Assembly: GCF_902713615.1 (NCBI RefSeq)
Contig: NC_052154.1
Coordinates: 107,482,016 to 107,546,015 of the forward strand
Origin: Scyliorhinus canicula
Taxonomy: Eukaryota
Direction of reading: 5' to 3'
DNA length: 64,000 nt
Shown here: positions 21,920-34,654 of the stretch, in pieces
Position numbering within the stretch: position 1 is the first letter of the stretch
How the letters are laid out: every line of letters starts with the position of its first letter
The notes under the pieces: generated by a model
Databases searched by the model: none
What the model was told of the DNA's origin: nothing
Seen by the model: the letters and a program-made list of their open reading frames with translations, nothing else
Made by a program: the position numbers and the translations under genes

Positions 21920-24900
21920 TCAATGAGCTATCATTGAGGGGAGCTCATACTCCAATTGGCCAACCAATAAAGCCAATTGGAGTTCATTACACTCCTCCCC
22001 CCCAAGGTCTGAGGAATTCCTGCCAGCTGGCATTCCTCTGAGCTTCTTCCTGCTCCTCATGTCTGGGTCTGTCACCTCTGTGTCGTCCGCCGGGTCATTC
22101 TCCAAAGTGGGCGGGGTGTACCTTATAGGTGCCCGTCTTTTCCTTGACGACCTCCTTGGAAGTTGTTCTTCCTCCTCCCTGGGGAGAGGTGTCGCGGCGG
22201 CCTCGTCGAGCATATCCATCTCTGACTCTGACGACTGGATGACGGGGTCTGGAGAAATTGTTCGGGGCTGGGGTGTGGGTATCCATTCCGTCTGGGCTAT
22301 CCCAGCTTGAGGCGGCCCTGCTTCGCCTGCCTCCAGGTGTGGTTCCGCTGCCCTTATTTGGTCTAGGTGTTTCTTCAGCATCTTGCCTCCTATTGAAACC
22401 TCATAGGATATGGGCCCTGTTTGGGACTCTACCGTGCCTTTGACCCAAGTTGGACCATTCCCATAATTCTTGACCCAAACCGGTGCCCCCACCTGGAAAT
22501 GTCTCTGCTGCCGACTATTATCATTCCCCCTGCGTTGGGCCTCCTGTTGTTTCTCCACTTTCCCCGTTAAATTTGGGAAAAGGAGACTCAGCCTCGTTCG
22601 CAGCCGCCTTCCCATTAAGAGTTCAGCTGGCGGTATGCCCGTTGTGGAATGCGGTGTGGTCCTGTAATCAAACAGCCAGCGGGAGAGCTTTGTGTCCATT
22701 GTCGCTGCCGGCTGCTTCTTGAGTCCCGCTTTAAGTGTCTGGACCGCTCTCTCTGCCAGGCCGTTGGTCGCTGGATGGTAGGGGGCCGTTTTGATGTGAC
22801 GGACTCCGTTTTCCTTCAGGAATTTTCCAAATTCCCCACTTGTGAATGCCGTTCCGTTATCCGACACCAATACCTCCGGAAGTCCATGTGTTGCAAACGA
22901 GGACCTGAGATTTTCAATTGTCAATGCTGTGCTTGCCGTGTTTATCTGGTGGACGTCCAACCATTTGGAGTGGGCGTCCACTATCACCAAAAACATTGAG
23001 CCCATGAAAGGGCCGGCGTGGTCAATATGCAGGCGGGTCCACGGTCTGCCTGGCCATTCCCAAGGGTGCAATGGCGCCGCTGGTGGCACTCTTTGCCCCT
23101 CCTGGCACCGACGTACCAAGGCTGATATGTCTGTATCCAAACCTGGCCACCAAACGTAGCTTCGAGCTAGCATCTTCATTTTAGACACCCCTGGGTGTCC
23201 GTGATGTAACTCAGTTAAGATTGCCTGACAGCCCTGAGCTGGGACGATTACCCGGACTCCCCATAATAGGATACCGTCTTCTACGGTTATTTGGTCCCTT
23301 CTGCTCCAGTATGGGTGCATCTGGGGTTCCACTGGTCTTTCCAGTTCCCCGTTAGCAGTAAATGCTTCATCTTGGCTAAAACTGGGTCTTTTTGCGTCCA
23401 CAACCGAATATGTTGTGCGTCTACTGGTAGGGTGTCCAAAAAATTTAGAGTCATTAATGTCTCCTCTACTTTTGGTATTTGCGGCGGAGTGTCCGGGAGG
23501 GGAAGTCTGCTCAAAGTATCTGCATTTGCTACTCGCGTTCCCGGTCTGTGCTCCAGAACGTATCTATACGCCGCCAGTAGCAACGCCCAGCGTTGGATTC
23601 TAGCTGATGCAATCGGGGGTATTGACTTGTCTTCTTTTAATAACCCTAATAACGGCTTATGGTCCGTCACTATGGTGAATTTCCGCCCGTACAGGTAATG
23701 GTGAAATTTTTTTACTGCGAATATCACTGCCAGTCCTTCCTTCTCGATTTGGGCGTACTTCTTCTCAGCCATCGCCAAGGTCCTCGAAGCATAGGCTATT
23801 GGCCGTTCTTCCTCATTCCTTCCTCTATGGGCTAAGACGGCTCCTACCCCAGAGGGGGATGCATCACAAGTGATCACCAACTCCTTCCTTGGGTCATAAT
23901 GCTCTAGGACATTTTCGGATGACAGTTGTTCCTTCATGTCCCTAAATGCTCGGTTTTGGCGGGTGGACCATTTCCATTCTTGCCCCTTTTTTAGTAGCTG
24001 GTGGAGGGGTTCTAGGATGGACGCCCTATTTTCTATAAATTTTCCATAATAGGTTACCAACCCTAGAAATGATCGTAACTCCTGGACCGTGGTGGGAGCT
24101 GGGGCTTCTTTTATTGCCCTTACTCTGTCTTCTAATAGGTGTAAGCCTGACTTGTCTACTTTATAACCCAGGTACGTCACTTGTGGGGCCAGAAAAACAC
24201 ATTTTTCCCTTTTTAGCCGTACGCCTGCCTTTGCGAAACGCCTGAGCACTTCCTCCAGGTTCCTCAAGTGTTCCCTGTTTGTCCTACCCGTGATTAAGAC
24301 ATTGTCCAAATAAATCGCCGCCTGCGGTAGTCCCTGCAGAATATTTTCCATCGCACGCTGGAATATAGCGCAGGCTGATGACACTCCGAAAGGTAGCCTA
24401 GTATAACGAAAAAGGCCCTTCAGGGTGTTGATCATAGCGAACTTCTGGGAGCCCTTGTCCAGTTGTAACTGCAGGTAGGCGTGGCTCATGTCCAGTTTCG
24501 TGAACAAAAGCCCACCTGCTAATTTGGCATATAGGTCGTCTATTTTCGGGATTGGGTATTTGTCCAGCAGTGTGTATTTGTTTACTGTCTGTTTGAAATC
24601 TCCACAGAGACGTATCAAGCCGTCTGGCTTCAAAATTGGTACCACCGGTGCTGCCCATTCCGAGAACTGTACTGGTCTGATAATGCCGTCGCGCCGGAAA
24701 CCTTTCTATTTCATCATCTACTTTTTTCCTTAATGCAATAGGTACCGGCCTGGCCTTACAAAATTTCGGAAGGGCTTCGGGTCCATGTGCAAAGTTGCTT
24801 TGGCGCCTATGATTTCCCCCAAACCTTCCTGGAAGACCTCCGGGTATTTTTGGAGTACTCCACTCAACTGCCCGCTTCCACTCTGGAAAATTTTCATCCG

Positions 24901-25065
24901 ATCTAATTTTAGGTCTTTCAGCCAGTTCCGTCCAATTAAGCTCGGTCCGGAGCCCTCTGCTATAGTCAACGGTAATCTGAGCAATTGTTTCTCATATTCC
25001 ACGGGTACATGAGTCGTGCCTAGAACTTCCAGGGGTTCCCCCGTGCAGGTTTTAAGTTTTGTCAA
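21920..25065 (-). pseudogene. pol: Gypsy B pol with a few frameshifts
   Basis: RLCGDFKQTVN, YLDNV, ITCDAS, HPGVSKMK, VSDNG and GLAERAVQT motifs. Confidence 0.92.
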
Positions 25066-25979
25066 TGTTTTTGTTAGGGTTAGTGGCTGGAGTCCATCTT
25101 TGATTTTTCAAAATGCTGCCACTCCCATTACTGATCCGGCCACACCCGTGTCTATTTCCATTATTGTCGGCCGCCCGTTCACCCGTGGGGTAATCCTAAT
25201 GGGTTCTGCTTTCTTCGTTGCAATATTATATAATTGTTCCTCTTCGGAGGAGGATGAGGTGTCTAGGTTGTGTACTTCCCTGCGTCCCCACCTGCTATTC
25301 CTCTTTTGCCACCTCCTTCTAGGGTTTCTGTCGTTGTTGCCCCCACTCTGTCTGGTGCCAGAAACGGTTCTTCTCTGTTGGGAGAGCCTCAGCCGGTACT
25401 TCCCTCTGTCTCCAGTTAGTCCTGGCAGACTTGGGGGCAGTTCTGGGGTTTTCCTTTTTCCCTCTCTTCCTCAGGTTTTTCCTGAGGGCGGCTTTCTGGT
25501 AGCAGGACCCGTTGTGGTAGTCCCTCTCACAGGTATCTACCTCCATTGGCATGCCCTGTAGTTCCTGCGCCCCACTTGCTGCCTTTTCTAGGTGCGAGCT
25601 GTAACGCCTACCTGCAGTCTAGCTCTGTTTCCACCAACAGGCGTTTCTGTATTGTGAGGTCGTTTATACCACACACTAACCGGTCCCGAAGCATTTCATT
25701 TAGCGTCGGGCCGAACTCACATTTTTCCGCCAGCCTTCTCAGGCGGGTGAAGAAATTCGTGACTGACTCCGACTTCCCGCTTCGCTGTGTAGAATCTGTA
25801 CCTACGCAAAATGAGGGGTGGTTTTGGGTCGTAGTGCTCTTTCACCAATTCCGTTACTTCTTGGAAAGTTTTCGTGTCCGGCGCATCGGGATAAGTCAGA
25901 CTACGTATAATGGCAAAAGCTGAGGGTCCGCACGCCGACAGCAGGATAAGCCGTCTCCTTTCATCCGTCAGTATATCAT

Positions 25980-26231
25980 TGATGTGCCATCAATTGTACG
26001 CGAGGCGAGTGCTTTACCAAAGTCCGGCTTTAATAGACTAGAACACAGCTCTGTGATCGTCTACAATGGAAAGGACGATCGTCAGGCGTCTGACCATTTA
26101 TACCTCGTTAATGAGGCGTGGTTAACTCAGCCTCTCGGCCAATCGGTCGAGAGGCACATGACCGACCAGGGCCAATGGTAAGCCGCCGTTCTGGCCCAAT
26201 GGCAGACAGGTATGCAGATCATATCACCACA
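25980..26231 (-). mobile_element. Solo LTR (Gypsy D-related) inserted in gag of Gypsy B
   Basis: 5-bp TSD ATCAT; TGTGGTGA...CACATCA termini as in the LTR at 6438-7067. Confidence 0.9.
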
Positions 26232-27414
26232 ATCATTTGCCCGGAAGAAGTAACACATTCTCCCCACATACTGAGACCAGTCCTCAATAGCCGGGTCGAA
26301 TGCCTCTAACCTTCCAAAAAAACGGTATTTTTAAAATGGCAAGGCTTACCCTCCGAGTGTGGCAGCTGGTCTCCGCAAAATTCTTTTGTGTGTCCAAGGC
26401 AGTGTCCAGGCACCGGGCTCCATTGCAAGGCAGCCATCTTGCTGTGCTAACCATTGACCATCCACCTTGGACCAGTCCCGCACCCCACCCTCCGCCATAC
26501 CAGCCCCACCCAACAGGCCGCCACTCACCATCAGGGCATCACACAGCCCTTCCAAGTGCAATGCCCATAGTAGCTCCTACAGGGGATGCCTGACAGAGGC
26601 TATGGAATGTACCGTTGGCATGGGCAGCGCCAGCCGATGGTACCCCTGGCAGCAAGGACAGGAGTCAGGGCCAGAGGCCCCCACAGTTCCGGGCACCGAC
26701 GAAGAGACACTGATGGAGAGACATGCGGTGGCAGGGTCCATGTGCCAACTATGTTGCCCAGTAGACCTGGTTGGACATTGAGTTACGCACCATGCTAACA
26801 TGTGTGCCGTTCACCCCCTGCAGACAGTGGATATTGGAATTCAATCAGTAATGGTGGCCTTCCCCCTAGTCACAGCAGCCATGGGGGATGCAGCTGTACC
26901 AGCTGGAGCTGCTCGAGGAGGAGGAAGCTGCAGCAAAAGTCTGCCCTAGAGGAACAGATGGAGACGGATGGAGAGCCGGCTGCCGAACAGGCTGAGGAGG
27001 GGGAGGTGCAAAGGAGCCACCGCATGAGGCCTCGTGTATACTGGCAGTGCCTGTCATTTGAGGACCTGCGGGATCGGGCATGCAGTCGAAAACTTCAGCT
27101 GAGCGTGGGGGCAGTGCAACACATCTGCCAAATCATGCCACACCTTGCACCATGGGGGAATGGGGAGGACACCCATCCCATCAAGGTGACGGTCGCCTCA
27201 ACGTTTATGCCAAATGGTCCAAGTAGGGACCTGTCTGAGAACTTGATGCACAGGTGCATCCACGCCATCATGGAGAACCTATATGCCCAGTCGGCACAAT
27301 ACATCTATTGTAATGTGCACTTAGCCCACCAGGATACCCGAGCAGTGAGGTTTGCTGCCACTGCCTAGATGCCCCGGGCCCAGGGGTGTTCGGCAGGATG
27401 CATGTCACTCTACA

Positions 27415-27994
27415 TGTGGTATTGTGTGAAGCAAATAATGGCATGATGGGAAAACTAGTCAAGTCTTCTTGGTACAATTGAATTTAACCTAAGACACAGA
27501 TTCAGAATACACATAGACAGCATGTCCTGAGAACTGGGTGACTCTGAGAGTCTAGATAAGGCTTGAACTTAGAAGCAGTCTCAATACATAACAAGCTGAA
27601 CAACTATCTCTTCCTGTTCCTAAACAAATTCTTCCCTTTCTTAAAACAAAGACAAGATAATGATATGAAACTCCAGTCCCCTAAAGGTCAGCAAGGTGAC
27701 GCCATTGTAACGATTATTACTTATGTTTTACTTTCGATTAAATTCCTGACCAAGTTGTATTGATGTTATCTTGATCCTATAATGTATAAGAATCGCCTTC
27801 TTTTTCTGTAATATCGCAGACTTGGGACGGACTCAGCAGTTTGTACTGACTGCCTTCCGACTTCAAAAGTCTCAGCCATTTACTGCTAGCAGTCAGTTCT
27901 AATTCGGAAATAAAGTTCAGTTTTGCTTACCTAATGAATCATGTTTGTATTTCTCTATCACAGTCAAGACGCGGGGGAAATATAAAATACAACA
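27415..27994 (+). mobile_element. Solo LTR (580 bp) inside the H1 transposase
   Basis: TGTGGTATT...AATACAACA; TSD TACA; AATAAA near the 3' end. Confidence 0.85.
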
Positions 27995-28004
27995 TACAAC
28001 ATCA

Positions 28005-28190
28005 GGGGCTGGTTTAGCACACTGGGCTAAATCGCTGGCTTTTAAAGCAGACCAAGGCAGGCCAGCAGCACGGTTCAATTCCCGTACCAGCCTCCCCGAA
28101 CAGGCGCCGGAATGTGGCGACTAGGGGCTTTTCACAGTAACTTCATTGAAGCCTACTCGTGACAATAAGCTATTTTCATTTCATTTCATT
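28005..28190 (+). mobile_element. SINE family 2
   Basis: Near-identical layout to 19697-19883. Confidence 0.88.
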
Positions 28191-29306
28191 ACAAGCACCT
28201 GCAGATGACAGACCGCTCGACACAAACCGAAAAGAGTTTCACCTAATGAACGTGCATACCCAGGCAGGGTGCCTGACACCTTCACACGCAACGATTTCCG
28301 GCCTCTTCGAGAAGCACCCCCGGCTAGGGGGTTGGCTCTTGGGCAAAAGGGGTTATCCACTGCAGTCATGGCTTATGATACCTATCCGGAGGCAACAGGC
28401 CGACAAAAAGACCTGCTACAACGACACCTATGCAGCAACTAGGAGCGTGATCGAACGGTGCTTCGGCATACTGAAGTTGCAGTTCAGTTATGGAACTGGA
28501 AAGTCGCCCGCATCATGGCGGCATGCTGTCCTCTGCAAACATCGCGCAGCAGAGGGGCAGCGTGCTTGAAGATGAGAATGAACACCAGGCCACATCTGAC
28601 GAAGAGGATGTGCGGGAGGGAGAGGATGGCCAGGACATGGAACCCGGGCAGGCACGGGAGGCTGCACAACGTGTGCGCCAGAGCCAACACACACAGAACG
28701 ACTCGACCACCTCCAGGTTCACCGACTAGGGGAGGGACTGGCCAGGGGCATGGGCACCACATTCCACCCCCACACCAGCCCACCCCAGCCGACTAACCCC
28801 CTCCATTATACATACCTGCCGCAATAGCGTGCGGGCCCTGGGTTGGCAGTAACCGGGTATGATCCATGGGATAGAGGATAATGACGACCCTGCTCTGCAA
28901 TGAGCTCTGGTGCTCCGCATCGTTTGACCACATCTGACTCCTGCCCACGGCAGCACTTTCCATCATCCACATGGGTGATCCCTGCATGTAAGCTAGCCAT
29001 TCCATCACACGGTCCCTGGGGTGGTGGAGGTTGGAACAATGGGAGGGCTCGGGGAGTGGTGCGGGATGGTAGGTTGGGAATGGGATACCAGCAGGTGAGC
29101 ATTGGCCGAACTGCCCCCCAAGGCCAAGGCCACCCCCAATGTCCACCCATTCCGCCCCCGCGATCCCTTTGCGGCAACCCAGACCAGCTCACCCCTCATT
29201 CCCATCGGACAGAGCACCGAGGTAGGTTGTTAAAACATATATAGAGGACCTTTTCTTGGAGAAAGATTTCTCTCAAAATGTTTGTTATAGCCTGAGGGAA
29301 GCAACA

Positions 29307-30331
29307 ATGATTGCACTGATAGCGCTGGTCCATCTGCGTGGAGAGGTGTCTGCAGGCTTTCACTCTCTCTGGTATTTCGTCACGGGTATAACTCCGATCC
29401 CTGGTTTCCCTGAGGATGTAGGTATCGGTTATGTGGACGATGTCCAGTTTGTTATGTACAACAGCGATCGGAAGGTGTTGATTCCCCGGGAGCAGTGGAT
29501 GATGGACAGTGAGGGGCCTTAGTCCTGGCAACGGAAGAAGTTTGTTGCACAGAGGCAGGAGCAGTATTTCAAAAGCTGATATTCCAATCCTCATGTCCAG
29601 TACCAACCGATCAGGAGGGATCCACGTTTACCAGATGATGGATGGCTGTGACCTGAGGATTCAGCCAATACGTGTGGGATGGACAAGATTTCATCAGCTT
29701 CGACAAGAGTAACATGGTGTGGGTGACTCCGGTCCCCTGGGGAAAGAGCATCAAAAACAGATTGGAACAGAACAACGTCATCAGCCAGGGATGGAAAAAC
29801 TATCTGGAGGTGGAGTGTATCGAGTGGCTGAGGAAATACCTGGAATATAGACAGAGAGAACTGAGCGTCGTTGCCTCCATTGTGTCATTTGCCCGTCTGG
29901 GTGATTCTAACTGACTGTCCTGTGTCGTCACCGGGTTTTACCTTCAAGCCCATCGAGGTGAATCTGTGCGGAGACGAATTGGTGATTGATGTGACCCTGT
30001 CCAGTGGGATCTTACCCAATCACGAAAGGACCTACCAGATCCAGAAATGGGTGGAGTTTGATCCAGAGGACCAGGCCAAGAATTACTGTCGGGTGGAGCA
30101 CAGCGGACTGAATGAGACGCTGGTGGTGATTTATGTATCAAAGCCTCACTCCCTGATTCCTGTTACCGGTCGGGATTGTGTTCGGGATCCATGTGCTGCT
30201 CATTGCTCTAATCAATGTGGCTATCGTCATCTACAACAAGAAATGGAGAGGGAAGAGTGGCTACAATCCTACAAAGACTTCTTATGAAAGGGGTTCTGAT
30301 CCATCCTATTTATCCTGGACAGACTCTGGAG
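29307..30331 (+). pseudogene. Intronless MHC class I heavy chain-like pseudogene (leader-a1-a2-a3-TM-cytoplasmic), probably non-classical
   Basis: Leader MIALIALVHLRGEVSA; a1 HSLWYFVTGITPIPGFPE..GYVDDVQFVMYNSD; a2 HVYQMMDGCD..QYVWDGQDFISFD..YLEVECIEWLRKYL; a3 LSCVVTGF..TYQIQKWVEF..YCRVEHSGL; TM and tail KSGYNP; stops at 29520 and 29912, several frameshifts and an a2 deletion. Confidence 0.93.
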
Positions 30332-30400
30332 CAGTGGTTCCCAATCTTTTATATGTCATGTCACACCTTTATACTATATAAAACGTTTACAGGCATCCCT
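30332..30400 (+). mobile_element. Possible hAT/Charlie-type element end truncating the class I tail
   Basis: CAGTGGTTCCCAA terminal motif only. Confidence 0.35.
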
Positions 30401-31049
30401 CCCATTTTTGTGCCTTCTCCCCTTACTTGGAATGTTGTTTTTAATTTCTCCCTGTCCTCTCTCATGTTTTTTTTAAACCTGTCTCTGTCTCTATCGCTTC
30501 TCCCAGGGTTTCCTGCCCTTTTTGAGTTTTCACTTTTTGGGCAGGCATACCAGACCTTTGTCTTCAGCTCCAAGTCCCGTTAGCCAGGTGCATGGGCCTG
30601 ACCAACATCAAAAATCTAAACTTTGCTTTTGTGCCTCTTTTCCAGACACCACATCGGAGATGCCAAACTCAGAGCTGTTGAATTTTGATTAATTTTTGCA
30701 GCACACTGGTTTCGAATCCATCTCACTCACTGCCAATTCATTCATTGGCAGCTATTTCTCCCTGCCAGCTCCTCTCCTGCTGTTCCCAGATAATACTTGG
30801 AGTCCCTAAATGGAGCTCTCGGTAGGTGCGAAAAGGAGCGCCATGCTCCTGGCCTATGGCACTGGAAGCAATTTGGTTCACACCCTTGCTGGGCATGAAC
30901 CAGATTTGTACATTTAAACTAATTTAAACACGTATTCCTGTTTCTCTGCCCCGAGCCTCCCAGCTCCTGAGATTCTCCGCCCGGAGCCTCCCAGTTCCCA
31001 GGACTCTCCGCCCCCCAGCAAGGCATGAGGCCGGCGGAAATCACTACTG

Positions 31050-33705
31050 GGGCGAAATTCTCCGACCCCACGCAGGGTCGGAGAATCGGCCGGCAGCGGC
31101 GTTAATCCCGCTCCCGCAGGGTTTTTAAATCTCTGACCGGCCAAAAACCGGCGCTGTGCAAATCCCGCCGGCAGCCTCTGAAAACAGCTGGCGCCGGTGG
31201 GATTTCATTTTTTTTTTAGTTTCCACAAATCTCCGGCCCGGATGGGCCGAAGTCCCGCCGACGTGGCCACGGGTCACGTCGGCGAAAATCATAGTTGCTT
31301 TAAAACGGCGTCAACCATTGATGATGGTTGACGCCGTTCAGTGTCGGGGGGTGGGTTGCGGCATCGGGGGGGGGGTGGGTTGCGGCAGCGGGGGGGGGGG
31401 TGCGGCATCGGGGGGGGTTTGCGGCATCGGGGGGGGTTGCGGCATCGGGGGGTGGGTTGCGGCATCGGGGGGGTGGGTTGCGGCATCGGGGGGTGGGTTG
31501 CGGCATCGGGGGGTGGGTTGCGGCATCGGGGGGTGGGTTGCGGCATCGGGGGGGGTTTGCGGCATCCGGGGGGGGGTTGCGGCATCCGGGGTGGGTTGCG
31601 GCATCGGGGGGGGGCATCGGGGGGGGGTTGCGGCATCGGGGGGGGGTTGCGGCATCGGGGGGGGGGTTGCAGGCATCGGGGGGTGGGTTGCGGGCATCGG
31701 GGGGTGGGTTGCGGCATCGGGGGGTGGGTTGCGGCATCGGGGGGTGGGTTGCGGCATCCGGGGGGGGTTGCGGCATCCGGGGGGGGTTGCGGCACCGGGG
31801 GGGGTTGCGGCATCGGGGGGGTTGCGGCATCGGGGTGGGGAGGGTGGGTTGCGGCATTGGGGGGGGTTGCGGCATCGGGGGGGGTGGGTTGCGGCATCGG
31901 GGGGGGTGGGTTGCGGCATCGGGGGGGGTTGCGGCATCGGGGGGGGGTTTGGGGGCAGCGGCATGCAAAGAGGGGGGGCGGCGGATGCCCGGGGCCAACG
32001 CACCGTCGCCCCCCCCCTCTGTACGCCGCTGCCCCCTACCCCAACCACCCCGCCCTCACCACCCCTACCTCCCTCCAACGCCCCTACCCCCCCCACCACC
32101 CCACCCCCCTCCCCACCACCCCTACCCCCCTCCAACGCCGCCCCCCCCATCTCTCGCAACGCCGCAACCCCCCACCCTCAACGCCGCAACCCCCCCTCAT
32201 CGCCGCAACCCCCCCCTCTCAACGCCGGGTCCCCCCCTCTCAACACCGGGTCCCCCCCCCCTCAACGCCGGTACCCACACACCGTCCCCCTCCCTCTGAA
32301 GGCCGGTACCCACACACCCCCCCCTCTCTCCTCCTACCCCCCTTCCTTCCTCCTCCCCCCCTTCTTCCTCCTCCCCCCTTCCTTCCTCCGTCCCCCCTCC
32401 TTCCTCCTCCCCCCCTTCTTCCTCCTCCCCCCCTTCCTTCCTCCGTCCCCCCTCCTTCCTCCTCCCCCCTTCCTTCCTCCGTTAGTGGGGGGGGGGGTGC
32501 GGCGTTGGAGGGGGGTAGGGGTGGTGAAGGGGGTAGGGGTGGTGAGGGGAGGGGGTTGGGGTAGGGGCAGCTGCGTGCAGAGGGGGGGCGATGGTGCGTT
32601 GGACCCGGGCATCCGTCGTCCCCCTCCTCTGCACGCCGTTGCCCCTACCCCAACCCCCCCTCACCACCCCTACCCCCCTCCAACGCCGCACCCCCCCACC
32701 CCCCACCCCCCACTAACGCCGCACCCCCCCCCCCCACTAACGGAGGAAGGAAGGGGGGGAGGAAGGAAGGGGGGGGACGGAGGAAGGAAGGGGGGGAGGA
32801 GGAAGAAGGGGGGGAGGAGGAAGGAAGGGGGGGAGGAGGAAGGAAGGGGGGGAGGAGGAGAGAGGGGGGGGTGTGGGTACCGGCCTTCAGAGGGAGGGGG
32901 ACGGGGTGTGGGTACCGGCGTTGAGGGGGGGGGACCCGGCGTTGAGGGGGGGGTTGCGGCGTTGCGAGAGATGGGGGGGGCGGCGTTGGAGGGGGGTAGG
33001 GGTGGTGGGGAGGGGGGTTGGGGTGGTGGGGAGGGAGGTAGGGGTGGTGGGGAGGGGGGTAGGGGTGGTGGGGAGGGAGGTAGGGGTGGTGAGGGGGGGT
33101 GGTTGGGGTAGGGGGCAGCGGCGTACAGAGGGGGGGGCGACGGTGCGTTGGCCCCGGGCATCCGTCGCCCCCCCCCTCTGCACGCCGCTGCCCCCAAACC
33201 CCCCCCCGATGCCGCAACCCCCCCCCCCCCGATGCCGCAACTCCCCCCCCCCCGATGCCGCAACCCCCCCCCCAAATGCCGGAACCCCCCCCCCCCAAAT
33301 GCCGGAACCCCCCACCCTCCGATGCCGCAACCCCCCACCCCAAATGCCGGAACCCCCCCCCAAATGCTGGAACCCCCCCCCCCCGATGCCGCAAACCCCC
33401 CCCCCCCCAAATGCCAGACCCCCCCCCAAATGCCGGAACCCCCCCCCAAATGCCGGGTCTGTCTCTCTCCTCCCCCCCCCCCCCCCAAACGCCGGGTCAG
33501 TCTCTCTCCTCCTCCTCCTCCAAAAAAACGCCGGGTCTCACCACTTCTGCAGCTGGTGAAACTGACGCGTATCGCGTCAGTCAGCTGCTGGCCCCTCCGG
33601 GAACGGAGAATCGCCGCCTAAAAGAAGGCCCCCACGCCGGAGTCATCTACTCCAATTTTGCTCGCCGGAAATCGGCGTTACGACGATCTGCAGAGAATTT
33701 CGCCC
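31050..33705 (+). mobile_element. Large Harbinger-type non-autonomous element with an internal G/C-rich nested palindrome
   Basis: TIR GGGCGAAATTCTC / GAGAATTTCGCCC, flanks CTG/CTA; both ends shared with 57828-59582; array of CGGCATC(G)nTGGGTTG units at 31340-31950 and inverted at 33200-33450. Confidence 0.85.
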
Positions 33706-34654
33706 CTAGTCTCCATCAACATAGACCTGATGTGATGATCAGGCTGGGCCATTGGAGCATCCGAGCGCTCAGTGAGGCAGTGCCACTGCTATGTTGGCAC
33801 CACCAATGAGTGGCGCCAGAAAGGGGAGAGAGTTGGAGGGGGGGAAACTGAAAGAGGGGTGGAAGTGAGGGGAAGGGAGGAAACGTCTCAAAATGGGGAA
33901 TAGGGCAGTTGGCGACCCCAAATCAGGGTGTTAGTCATTTGGGATGTGGAGGGGGGCTGGATTTCTGCCAGTGCTATAGACGGGGTGTCTATCGGCTTGT
34001 CTGGAGATCAAACTGCCCTTTAGAAATTGCGCCCCCACCCCATCTCTGAGGAACAAGCCTAGCTGGCATCTTTAGATCCTGCACACTTCTTTCCTGGCAG
34101 GAAACTTCCCAAGCTCCAAAGAACTGACTAAGGATGGGAGAATTCCAATGGGAATCGCACCAGAACAGCCAGTGGAATTCACACCGGTTTTCCTGCCCGA
34201 AATGACTGCCATTATTGAGGCGAATGCCGCCCATTGCTTTCATTATGAGGTTGGGTGAGCATGCGGAATGAGGGCATCTGCTGCCTGGGCCAGTCCCAGA
34301 GACTAACACTGGCATGGGGAAGTAAGGTAGAGCTAAAACCATAGGCTGAAATCAAGAGGAATGAACTGCTGGGGATTAGGGATCCTATTTCTCAGAGATA
34401 CTATGAAGACGTGAGGATGTTTTGTTTGTGTTTTTCAAACCAGAATCTGTTTCTCCAATTTTTAAACTTATAAAAATTTAAAACTCCAATTTCTACAATA
34501 AACTATACATATTTTTTGCTTCCTGTCTCTGTAAAGTCCTCCGAACAAAACTAATACCACTATGGTGGAGAACATTGATACTTTAAGAAATAAATTATGA
34601 GGAATCCAAAAAAAAACATTAAAACAAATGCATCCCAGAGAGTATCACCTCGGT

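Larger units (their letters stand above)
21768..26355 (-). mobile_element. Gypsy element B: gag-pol plus 3' LTR (21768-21991); 5' LTR lost
   Basis: PPT GGGGGGGAGGAG abuts the LTR; gag PFFGRLEAFDPAIEDW; protease, RT-RH (23287-24645) and integrase (21920-23401). Confidence 0.93.
26400..29235 (+). mobile_element. Harbinger remnant H1: decayed transposase (+) and 3' part of the Myb-like gene (-)
   Basis: ORF 26802-27368 (RPRVYW..SFEDL..RAC..KLQLS) and 28159-28569 (GWLLGKRGYPLQSWLM...RSVIERCFGILK); homologous to 55480-56775. Confidence 0.85.

Noticed and set aside
31156-33809. Long Gly/Pro-rich ORFs (up to 651 aa) on both strands
   Set aside because: They result from stop-poor G/C tandem arrays and a palindrome; open in many frames, with no domain signal.
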